From Podarcis melisellensis (Eukaryota): a DNA stretch of 64,000 bases. Shown one piece after another: positions 48,431 through 60,600 of the stretch; the stretch's first letter is position 1; every line of letters starts with the position of its first letter. The notes beneath the pieces are model-generated. The model searched no databases. It had not been told where the DNA came from and saw only the letters and a program-made list of their open reading frames with translations. A program made the position numbers and the translations under genes. The DNA lies in the NCBI GenBank assembly GCA_964234715.1, contig OZ174283.1. One strand, given 5' to 3'.

Positions 48431-51400
48431 CTTCTGAATTAAGTCTCCCTTATTTAAGTAGATCATAATCCAAGGGTGTGGAGTCTTAGGCCCTGCCTCA
48501 CATATGAAGAGTTTTTGCCTGGCCAGAATGTGTCCTTGAGTGATGCCTCTTGCTTGTTCGGATGGCGTTTGTGAGTTCGCATAGAAGCTAGCCTGCTATA
48601 GAATGGTGAATGTTTACATGTATTGCTCCTCCCACTTTTGCCTCTGCCCCCACCAACCATTGGCACATGATGCATAGAAGATTGGACAGAAGTGAATGTG
48701 GCCCTCAGGCTGAAGAAGGTTATATTCACCCTTGTTGTAGCCCATGGCTTGATTGCAGACTCACTGAATCCGTAGGCTGCATTCCATTGCAAACTATAGA
48801 GCTGAGATTTTGATGGTTGATTTCCAGAAATCTATGAATCACGCACCCAAAAAATCTCAAGAATTTTATAGGCCAGATTGGGCCTGCTAGTGTATGACAT
48901 GCTGCATTTGCTTTAGGGTCTATTTGGATGCTCTGCTAAGTGAGAAGAAAGTGTATGTGAGCCCTGCTTTCTCTGTCACCACTTTTGCATCTCCTAGGAA
49001 GGGGAGGTTTCCCTCCTCGCTACTTTAGTAGAATCTTCAAAGCCAGCCTGTTTATAATAGAGCTTAAATTTGTACTGTAATAGCACACATCTTTTCATTT
49101 TGCATTATTCATTTAGGTTCCAGCCCCAAACACACTTACTTAGGGGACTGATGCCTGAGTGTTCAAATTTGTGTGCTATGTTGGCTGAGGTCCATATTTT
49201 CATTGAACTTTATGTTCCAAAGGAAAACCTTATTAGAACCAAATACTAGAATTTTCCACACCTGCAAAACAAGCAAACAAAAAAGAAACTCACATAAGGT
49301 TAGTTTCCATAAAAGTTAAAGCAGCTCAGTATATTTTATTTTCTTCCAGCATTGCAATCTATAATACTGCATCAGAACTGCAGAGCTGATTAATGCCAGA
49401 AACAGCTGCTATCAACAACAGTTCAAAGTCTTTAAAATGACAGGAATGGTAGCTGCTAGAGACAAATCATGGTGGGTACAAGATACGAAGAGCCTTAAGG
49501 TTTCCAGCACCATCGTTCCTTTAACATTGGTGCAAATCTATTACACACTTCTTAATTATAACCATGCTTCTGGGGGCACTAAATGGCTTTTGAAAAAAAG
49601 ATGCTCCGCGCTCTCATTTTAAATTCCTGTTTGCAACTGTCTGAACCATGCCATCGATAGAGCTAACAGTACAATCCTATGAATAATCCCTTAAAAATAA
49701 ATCATTTTGAGTGCAATGGGGCCAACTCCGAACTACGTGTATATAGAAATGCACTGTTAATCAGATTCATTGTAGCATGGCATAACAAGTAGCTTAGGTT
49801 GTGCAGTGCTGCCCATGTTACACACTCAGTTCTGTCCTCTTAAGACCACCACTAACTCATCACTGCTTGATGACTTGTTCTTCAGCAGGCAATTGAGTGA
49901 GATAGCCAGCCAGTTCCGGCCAGCAACAAGTAAGAATTGCTGCTATCAGGACACTAGTCCACAAGCACAAGAGTTGCTAGAGGATGACCCCAGGAGGACC
50001 AGCCAGGGGAAAGCTGCCACTGCCTTCAACCCCCCAAAATCTGCCTCACTCTGCCTAATGGTACAGTTGGCTGAGTTGTTTGCACTATAAAAACTGAAGT
50101 GGGTCTTTCCCTCATTTCTGTAAAAATTCACAGGTATCCACTTGTCTATAAATTAATAGCCAATGTGAAAATGCTGAATGTGAGTGGGTTGTAAAGTTAG
50201 AAATAAAACAATAACTGACATACAGGGTTTAAATAGAAGTCATGTCAAGATACTGGGATTCCACCAACTTTGTGCTGAGCTAAAACAGTACACTTCACAG
50301 AACGGAAGAAAAGGATATGCATAGCAGCAAATGGGGAGAGCTTGTGCATACTTGTGAACACTTTTTTAAAAAAATGGAGCATATCTAACTTCCCAGTAAT
50401 AATTAGGTTCTTGCAATGAAAATGCAAGTTAAGTTTAGAGGTATGGGGAAGCCTGATACTGAGAATAGCTGATATCAATTCACAACATATTTGAATTTTT
50501 TGAAAGGTCATTTCCTCACTGCTTTCGAGAAGTTCTGTGAAAAACCACATGCAGACATATGTTCCAGAGTTCACACTCTGAGGTGAGATCAGGCAGTTGC
50601 AATGAAGATGGTTGCTAAGCCAAAACAAAAACAAAACAAAACAAAAAACTCAGTTTCATTTCTAAATAAGGAAGGATATATTATTGTCCTGAAGCCATAA
50701 TATTGTATAATTAACGGGATTTTAAAAAGTCAGTAAAAGACCCAGCAGACAATCTATTCAAAGCATATTGGCATTTTAGAATGGAGGACCGGCTAGAATC
50801 AATACCTATTGTAAAAGTCATGTTCTCTCTTATTCAGCTGGCCTGTTTGAGTTGTCATTATGGTATTTAACCATTAGTTGATGTGTCCTTCTGCTGTGTG
50901 CTCTTGCTGGCATAATCAATTCTGCTGTACAATGTTTGTACCTCAAAACTGGCATGACATAATTAAAACTATTTTGAAGTGGTGAGGTGTTTACTGGTGA
51001 CTCAGATTTTGGTGCTGATATTACAAACTGTGTCATAAAGACAATTCTTCATATAAACAGAACTGTGCAGTGGCTTGTTTAAAACCTGAAAGTATTTAAA
51101 TAAATGGATGCTCTACTAGACTGAAGCCTTCCTGCATATTTCCCAACAGCCCCTGTGTGCACCTATAGCATCTGCATGCATACAGGGACTTTTTTGATCT
51201 TTGTTTTTGACTTGCACTTGATGCCACTCTTGGAGTTACCCTGACTTTCAGGAGCAACATTTCAGGGTATGTAAATAGCTTCTGTGGGAAACCTGGCCTT
51301 TGGATCCCAATCTGTTTATTTTAACTGAACAGTAAACAGTAAGCTCCACTGATCACTGGTTATGTTTGTGTGACTTTTTGAGTTAGCTAAACTATGGCAG

Positions 51401-51662
51401 AAAGTCACAGACTGTGCTGTTACATTTCAAGAGGTGGCAGTGTCCTCCACAGGCTAACTGTTGTACAAGTGCCGTAGGCTGTCATGATGTTTCCCTTCAG
51501 TCCTTAAGGATTTCAAAGAACTAATTGTTCAGCTGAAAAACAGCAAAGCCAAACCACTTACTAGTTCAAAATAAGTCGCACATCCTACATGCCATCATCA
51601 TGTTGTGCTCCTTCAGGAGAAAGTAATGGAAAATATAATAATAATCCTCAAATTAAGGTAAA

Positions 51663-52025
51663 GTGGGTGGCACTGTGGTCTAAACCACTGAGCCTCTTGG
51701 AAGGTCAGTGGTTCAAATCCTCGTGATGGGGTGAACTTCTGTTACTCTGTCTGTCGCAGCTTCTGCCAACCTAGCAGTTCAAAAGCATACCCGTGTGAGC
51801 AGATAGGTACCACTGTGGTTGGAAGGTTAACGGTGTTTCCATGTGCTCTGGCACTTGTCACTGTCCTCCGTGCACCAGTAATGGTTTAGTCATGCTGGCC
51901 ACATGACCTGGAAAGCTGTCTGTGGACAAACGCCGGCTCCCTTGGCCTGAAAAGCGAGACAAGTGCCGCACCCCATAGCTGCTTTTGACTGGACTTAACC
52001 ATCCAGGGGTCCTTCACCTTTACCT
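51663..52025 (+). mobile_element. Sauria SINE (longer subfamily), intergenic
   Basis: GGGTGGCACTGTGGTCTAAACCACTGAGCC head, CACCTTTACC tail. Confidence 0.92.
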
Positions 52026-52154
52026 AATCCTCTTGAAGGGGATGTAGCTGCTTTGCATACAGGTTTAGTTCCGTGTCTGGTAATTTAAGGCAGGAGTGCG
52101 AAAGGCTCATTCATGAAACCCTGGAGGGCTACTTCCAGTCAGCATAGTTATAGT

Positions 52155-52763
52155 CTTATGGGTGCTAGAATTTAGTAATTAAGGTTTGGGGTGTGAAAGC
52201 TAATTTGCTTGGAGGTGATACCTAGACTCGTGTGTATTTAAGCCAGAGCCAGTGTGTATCTAAGCATGTGCTAGACCTTGTTAATCCTTTAACTGAGCCA
52301 AGTGTAAAAGCTAATTAAGGAAAATTATTTTATTTTGAGATGATAGCCTGGGGATGAGCTGTTTAGGCGACTCAAAGGATCAAAAGCAAATCTCATTTGC
52401 AAATGAGTGGGTTTTGTCCCTCCCTCAACTTGAGGGTTTAGTTTAAAAGAAAATGCCAGTGTTTTGGGAAACAGTAGAGTTCAGAATGGCAGCAGAGTTA
52501 CTAAGCAGGGGCTGGAGAGAGAGTCAAAAAGTAGGATGCTGATGTCTGTTTTGAATCCAATGCTATGGCTGTGGGAGAAGCCAAAGTCTCTTCGAATGTA
52601 ATGCTCCATGGTAGACTTAGGTTGTGTATATGTGTAAATAAATCATAAAGACACCACAATCTCCACTGTGCCTCATTGTCCAAAAGGAAACACAGACCCT
52701 GGGTTGAAGTGCATCTGCAACTCCTGGAATCTTGCACCACTCAGAGATTGGGGTGGCTTATAA
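52155..52763 (+). mobile_element. Probable solo LTR
   Basis: ~600-bp block with a TATTTAA-type box, AATAAA at 52637, LTR-like U3/R/U5 composition; termini degraded, no internal ORF. Confidence 0.45.
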
Positions 52764-52894
52764 TGGTGTAGCGTTAGCCTTGTATGTTCTTGATTAAATT
52801 CTGTGTTTGAAGCTATGTGGGTTTGACAGGCTTGCATGCACCTGGAACATCGCAGAGGTCCATGGAGAAATAGCGGGGTACAAGGAAATATCTA

Positions 52895-53119
52895 CAGTGG
52901 TACCTTGGGTTACATACGCTTCAGGTTACATACGCTTCAGGTTACAGACTCCGCTAACCCAGAAATAGTACCTCAGGTTAAGAACTTTGCTTCAGGATGA
53001 GAACAGAAATCGTGCTCCAGCGGCATGGCGGCACCAGGAGGCCCCATTAGCTAAAGTGGTGCTTCAGGTTAAGAACGGACTTCTGGAACGAATTAAATAC
53101 TTAACCCGTGGTACCACTG
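52895..53119. mobile_element. Tc1/mariner (Tigger-like) MITE
   Basis: TA|CAGTGGTACCTTGGGTTA...TAACCCGTGGTACCACTG|TA. Confidence 0.88.
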
Positions 53120-54504
53120 TATTTGGGAAGATCACAGCAAAAATGGTACCTAGGTACAGCAAATGGACCATGTTCACTTTGAGGAATGGTGCCATCTCCA
53201 GAGTCCCTTGTACGGTCGGTGGTATTGAACAAAGTCCTTGTGCTTCTTGAAATTAATCACAAGATAGTCTCGTGTCTTGGGCCTCTTTTGTTGCCCAATG
53301 ATTTTGGAATTCAGTATAAAAATGGTTTTCTTAAAGGAAAGAGGTAGTTAGAGCCACTAGGTTGGACAAGTTGCGCAAACAAATATAAGGTTATCAGTAG
53401 TTGCTTCCACTGCTGAAGGCAATATGTCTACAGCTGCAACAATATTTACACAGCATTAATAACCCAGGCTTTAACTTTTTAAAGAAATGCCTTCTTAAAT
53501 TTAATGTGTCATGGTATTACTGAGACTGAAGAAATGTTGCTTTAAAACAGCTCCCTTAAGCAGCTGCATGCATTTTGGTAGATACTCATCAACACAGATC
53601 AAAATGAAGAGGACTGATGGTTGTGATATCAATAAAAGACACCATGTTTTACATATCTGTAAGTTTGGGGAAACAGCTGTTTCTTTCTCCCCCCCTCCAC
53701 CCAGCCTTTGTGTGTATGTGCTTTCCGGCAAGGAATGTGATCTAACACTTGGTATTCTAAACAGATAATAAAAATTAGGATCCAAATCCAAGCAACTAAA
53801 AATGTCAACCGCTCTCAAGAAAATGTGTTCCTGTGAGTATTACCTAACACTCTTAAAAAGAGTTCCAGTGAAACCTGAATCATGGAAGTATTTTGAAACT
53901 TCAGTATTTCAGACAAATATCACGACAGGAAAGATGTTCAGAATTAGCAAGATGTCCATCAAATGGTGAGGATACACAAAGAAAGGTGTAGATATGTAGA
54001 CTGAGTTTAGGTGAGATGGAAATGGAAGCGCCTTATCATTTGGTCAGCATACTGTACCCATTTCTGCTCACTGGAGCATTTCAGTTGATGGTAAAATATG
54101 ATAGCTGAATCCAGGTGTGTGCACACGCATGCACACACCTTTCTCCTGCCCCAGGTCCATATGCACCTGGCTATTCAGAAGAAATGTGTCTTTTAGAGCC
54201 CAGAGCAAGACGCCACTCTGATTGTTTGGATCAAATGTTAATAAGTATTAAAGATATTACAACTCAAGCTGGGCCAGATACACACCCACACCCACTCTGT
54301 GAAATAATATTTATTTTTTGTGGGAGAGGAGGAATTGAAGAACTTTCAAGTGAAGGTGTGCCTGTCCTCGAAGATGAGGTAGTTGAGGGATTTGTTTTTC
54401 CTTTTTAACAGAAAAAAGCTGTATCACTATTTCAGCTGCTCCCTGAGGCATACCTTTTGTAATTCAGGACAGAATTCCGCATGTGAACAGGGCTATATAG
54501 CTTG

Positions 54505-54668
54505 ATGCTATTGGTCCTTCTAGCTCAGCACTGTCTACACAGATTGGCGGAGGCACTCCAGGATTTCAGGTAAGAGTCTTTCCTAGCTCTTTCAGAAGAC
54601 AGTGGGTATTAAACCTAAGGCCCTTTTGGATGCAGAACAGATGCTCTACTACTGAATTAAAGCCTTCT
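54505..54668 (-). mobile_element. tRNA-derived SINE (Squam2-like)
   Basis: Minus strand TTCAGTAGTAGAGCATCTG head and CCTGAAATCCTGGAG...GTGTAGACAGTGCTGAGCTAG body. Confidence 0.7.
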
Positions 54669-56103
54669 GGCAGGCGGGTGTGGGAACCCTCAGCCACATT
54701 GTCTTTAAAGCACGCCCAGGCATTCCTGGAAGTTCTTTGATTTTGCATACCCCAAAGATTAATGCAGTCTGGGGGGTGGATGAGGTGTGTGTGTTCATGT
54801 CCTTACAAATGCTGAGCACTAAATACAATGCTAAAATAAAATGTCAGAGCCACAGGATGGGAAAAAGGAGATGACAACAATGAGACAACACATGAATGGA
54901 CATCCTCAGTTCAGTTTAGGCACCTTGGACAGTTTTGTTTGAACTTTGTGTATACAGATATGGTATGTCCCCTGTGAATCTTCATACACTGTCAGTTTGA
55001 TATTGTGTCTGTGGAACAAAATACTAGTAATGCAGTTTGTTTAAGCTAGTAGGTTTCAGAGTTACCTCAGGGTTGAGTTGGCAATACCTGTCAACACAAA
55101 CAAGGACATTTAGGCCATATAAACACATTGAGTCCAATGGATCATGCACTGATGTTTCTTTGAAGAAAAGTCATTGCAAAATCACAATTCTGCTACCATT
55201 TACATCGTCACTTTTCTCTCAGTGAAAGCAGAGAATGGCAAAAATCCATATTTCTGAGTAACATGGGCTACATTGCGCATAGGGTGGGTTGGGTCCTACT
55301 TTACAGAGTTGAGCCTTGATTTGAAGGGCTGTCGGAGGACAGTCCTCTATTTGAATAAGTCATTTATTTGGCCCAAGTCCAGTTTAAAATTAAGAACTAT
55401 ATGGAGGGAGACTAGGCCCCTTGGCAGTGAGCACCAGGACATCAGACTAAGAAGACTCACAGCTCACCTGATCTTCCCCTTACTGAACACCATAAATGTG
55501 GCTTCACTGGACTGCAGTGTCAGTAGTGAGCACAAAAAAGTACCTATGGATATTGTGTGTTTTAAAGATTATTCTTTACATAAAAATATCTCATTTTATT
55601 CTGGAAAAAGAGAAAGCTAAGTAGGACATCTGCTGGTCATAAATTGCAATTAGGGATTCTCCAATCTAAAGCAAACACTTCCCCTCAGCTATATATTTCC
55701 CTGTTGGGGTGTGGATGAGTTGGCCGTCTATAACAATATATTTTAAATTCTCTCTAACAAAAGGGTTTTTGCATTATGTGAAATGTTGCAGCCATGTCCC
55801 TTTTTTAAACCTTTGATTAAAGTATTACTATTTTTATAATGTCTATAGTTTCTACTTTATATTATTCACTTGCTTCAGAGATTAATTTCCTAAAATTGTT
55901 GAGGTCTGGTTCTAGAACTCAAACCTGCTTTGAAGCAATACCCTTTGACTTGGAAGGCCTGTGACCATGCCACCATCTTCCATATATCTAGAAAATCTCT
56001 TTAGGAAGCTTTTCAAGGATTTGCTGTCTGCAGTGCAAGGCGGAATGGGAAAACTGAAGCATTCTGAAGCTGACTATAATGCTGCAATGCAACTCTAAAA
56101 TAT

Positions 56104-56265
56104 GGAAGGGCTTTCTTTCCGGAGTAGAACACCCAGGTCCAATCCCTGGTGTCTCCAGGTAGAGCTAGGAACAGCTCCTGCCTGAATCCCTGGAGAGAGC
56201 TGCAGCCACCAGTGTGGACAATACTGAGTTATATGGACAAAAGGTCTGACTCAATATAAGGCTTC
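56104..56265 (+). mobile_element. tRNA-derived SINE (Squam2-like)
   Basis: CCAGGTCCAATCCCTGG B-box-like, CCTGAATCCCTGGAG...GACAATACTGAG...GGTCTGACTCAATATAAGGC. Confidence 0.7.
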
Positions 56266-57439
56266 TAAGGAAAGGCAGGAGGAGAAAAAAGGCAGCAGGT
56301 GGAGATGCCTGAGGTCCTATATCTCTATGGAAGCATGAGCACATAGCATTTAGTAGTGGCAGAGTGATTTAGTGGGAAACCCTCGCTCCAAATCATTCTT
56401 CCTTCTGTGTAGAATCATGACCTTCACCCAACAGCGAGCATTATTGGTCTGCAGTTTGCTATGCTAGTCCAACTTGACTTTTGCATGCGAAAATTAGCAG
56501 CCTATCCCAAATGAAGCAGAATTCACAGTGGATTATAATTTCAGTTTGCACCTTTATCAGGTTCATTAGTACAGTCTTGCATCATCAAATACACACTCAT
56601 GTGCCAATCATGCTCACATGTGCATATGCCTATTATGTGTTCAGCTGTACATCTAATAATCATGAATTTACTACATGACTACATCTCATGCCCATCTTGA
56701 CTACTGAATGAAAAGGAACTTCCTTACCGAAGGATGGAGGTAGAGGCATCCTTTTGAACACCCGCTAGCCTTTAAGTGGCAGGATACATGGAAGTTGTGT
56801 CATAAATACATCTTCAGAAATAAAAATGGCCATTTCAAGAACTCCTATCAACATGGGCATTCTCAGATGCCTTCATTTGAGACGAGAACCAAGGTAATTC
56901 ATATTGAATCCATGACCTCCATCAGTCTTGTCTTGGCCAATTTTGGCTCTTCAGTTGAGAAATTTCTGGAAAGGAGCAGGGCAGGTGGGGAAGGAAGCTA
57001 CCACCCAGAGGGATAGCAATGGTGGAGGACCTTTCCAAGCTTAGGAGAATTCTAGGACACCCCTCCCCACTCAGTTTCCTATGAAAGTTATCCAATAAAA
57101 CTTAGAGAGAGTGAACCAATTATAAGTTGGGATGGGGGAAGTGTCATTTTGTGCACTCCAATGAGAATTAGGCACACCTACATCCCCTGACATAAATGTG
57201 GACTAATGTGAATTCTATTGCACACGAGGTAATTCTGTGTTCTCCGTGACGGTGCAGACTACCAGGATAAGTAAGCCCTGCATTCATAAATACTTGCCTT
57301 CCCTAATATCTGTTTTCTGGACTTGCATCAGAGAAATAAGTATGAACTGAATACTGTTTTATCTTGCATTATTTTCAGAAGGAAATGCCATTTACTGAAA
57401 ATAAAACTTCACCTTCTTCCATTCCCTTTCTGCAAGCCC

Positions 57440-57630
57440 TTAACATTCTTGTATTCTTCGTTTGTGTGTTTGTGCATTCTGATCTGTTGTATTCCAGTTG
57501 GGCACTTCTGGTGCTTTCAGTAGAAGAAAGACACACATCCAACAGAAGTTGGTGAAAATATATTCCACAACCTCTATGATCGTAATCATACTGGCTCCAC
57601 AAAACAAACCAAGTTGGCCACCAACATCAG
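57440..57630 (-). CDS. ASIC5: ASIC5 terminal exon coding part (TM2, GAS selectivity motif, C-terminus)
   Basis: minus strand tcattacag|CTGATGTT...GAATGTTAA; ADVGGQLGLFCGASMITIIEVVEY...RIQEC*. Confidence 0.95.
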
Positions 57631-60600
57631 CTGTAATGAAAGAAATAGAGAGATTGGTCCAGCTATTCTGTGCCTCTATATTCTATCTACATTAGTATGA
57701 TTTAATTCTATCTAAATGTGTTCAGGATTGGGATGCTAGCCTTCAGTCTTGAAATCACTGACACACTGAGTGAAAGCCAACTGTGGCTGCCCTCTAATGA
57801 AATGGACTTATGTCATCACAATGGGACTTCCCCTTCCTATCCTCCCTCCTGTAACCCCAACATGCCCCCCAAATATGCTCCAGAACATTCCAGAAAGCAT
57901 TTGGATGGTGGGGCAGAGAGCAAGGGGAAGTCCCTTGCTGAAACAGAAATGTACTTGCACAATGTTGAATAAGATCCATTTCAAAACTCAATAAATTTTG
58001 TGCTTCAGATACAAAATACTCACCAGAATGACCACTTCCGTTATGCAACCCTGTTGAAATCTATTAATAACTTCTGTGGGCCCAAAGTGAAACTAAAATA
58101 CTATACACACTTACTTATTGAACATAGTGGAAATTACTTCTAAATAAATATTATTGTGCTGTAACCTAGTGTAATACAAGACTTGATTCTTCTGTTAGCA
58201 AACAAATAGAAACGTATTATATAGAAATACTGGGTGATATTCAACTGTTTTTTTTTACTCAGAGTAGACCCACTGAAATTAATGACCCTAACTTAGTAAT
58301 GTTTATTGATTCTATTCTGAGTAAAAACAAACAAACTATCCACTATATACTGCCCACTGTTGAATACCATCCGCTGGTAAAGATAGTTATATCTCATGAT
58401 CCAAATAATGCTAATTAAGAAAACAGTGATAGTGTGATGCAGCATAGAAGTAATTATGTCAACAACTACTTCATTACTGTGATCACACAGAAATGTAGGG
58501 TTTTTGTTGTTGTTGTTTTAAGTGCATTTGGGTCACTTACCAAGTAGCTCAGATACACTCAATGCCTTCTGCTGCCGGGTCATTTTGTAATTCAAATCAT
58601 GATATCTAATGTCAATATATACAAGGTTACGCCTATGGATAATAAAGGCACACTTTTATTATGCAATTGTATTACTATTTATTATCATCATGATGATCAA
58701 TCTAGCCATCACCATCTGCAGAAAATACTATTCATGCTTTAAACAAAGTAACAATAATCCAAAATCGTGGGGAGGTGGAGAGAACATAGAATTTGATTCT
58801 GCAGCACACTCAGGAGTGTTTTCACATATTATAAAGTCAGCCTAAACAGTTCTTACGAGCCCCTGTGTCTTCTCATAAGAAATATCTCAATGGGAAGAAG
58901 GGTAACTTCCAATGGGAAGCAGGCAACTCTTATGCATAGAACCGATTATCCAGGTAGGCAGGAAGACTGAATAATGTCCTTGGTTTTTTTTAGCACACAT
59001 CTACAGGTTTTTAAAAAAATAAATATGAATCTAAAAATATAATGTCTGGATATGACAAACAGATAAATGCCTGGGAACATGAATGTTTCATTTAGGTACA
59101 TGTGCCAAAGAGATAAGGTCAGCAGAAACTCTGGGCTGAGTGTACACTTAGTGGCAACCCTCATTGGTTGCTGCAAAATGTACTAAAATTCCTAGGATCA
59201 CTAGATAACAATGAAAAATGACACCATTGAAACAGTAAGTATTTACTTACTCAGTTCAAATGATTGCTGATGACCAGCTTTGAGTGCTTCATCTTGGCCT
59301 AGCTATTTCTTAAATTCTGAGCTAATAGTTTTCTTTTTTATGACCGTTTAGTTGAACCATTAAATTTTGTTTAATAAATCAGTGTTAGGCAATCCTAGCT
59401 CTAAAAATGAAGGCTCAACTCACTCCTTTCTTCAAGGACCTTCTCCATTTTAAACCTGTTGCATTATAATTACCATAATGACCCTGCTAATGGATCCCAC
59501 AGTTTGGGCTTCCTGAGGTAGCTGAGGCAATACCACAATACATATTTGGAATAGGGCTGTAAATAGTTGAAACTACCTTTTAAAGTTTCTGAAAAATCAA
59601 TGGATGACTATTAGTTAATTTATGATGTTAAACTCATTAATATGTTTGTTTGATCCTGACTGGTTAATCACTTGGGAACAGAAACATTTCCCTGTAATTT
59701 GTCATGCTTCAGTGACTAATTGCTAGATAGTACCCCATTTGTGAACAGTAATCAAATGTCAGAAGGAGTAAAATTAAAATGTTGTTATGAAGACACCATC
59801 GCACAGGGTGGGGAAGATCCATAGCATTTCTAACTTTCATGAAAACAGCTGCAATTTTGATCAGTGGGAAAAAGACAGTCACAGAACCAAGAAATTACAC
59901 AAAACGAATGAAATGCCGTGAAAATCCCTGAAAGGAGAAGTAATCGACTATAGAATTAAGCTAAATAACAAAAATCAAAAAGTTTAAGGAAAAAATTAAC
60001 CTAGAATTCTAGGCATTTCATATGTTTTGTGCAATTTTGATCAGAGCAGTGGCAATGGGGGGGCATTCCTCTACTCCCACCCGCTGCCAAGTAGAGCTAA
60101 TAGTAGATTAGAAAATGTCACAGGAGGAACAGAGTTAATAACTTTCCCCCAAGCCATAGCCTCCTCTAGCTCCATTAAATTTACATTAGGGGGAAATGTG
60201 AGATCTAAGCACAGATCTACTGTAGTTTGATCTTCACAAGATTAATATAACATAATCATTAATAAAACTTCTTTTAGTGTTGATAAAATCAGAGACCTTT
60301 CCAGTGATGATGAAGATAAACTAAGGAGTCCTCATCTATAGAAGAGTGAACTTTAAAATTTATATTGGATTATAAACATTTTTAAAGAGGCTGTGATTTA
60401 TAAGCTTATGTTACCATAAATCTATTAGCTTTTTTCAAAGGTGCCTCTGTGTTTTTGCTGTTGCAGGGCAACATAACTACCCTTGCAGAAGTGATATGTT
60501 TTTTGCTTTTGTGGGGGGTGGGGATATTGGGTGAAGAGATCAGAGATCCCTGACTCAAAACGTTTTCAAAAAGTGCTGCTATATGTTTTACTTTTGGGAG

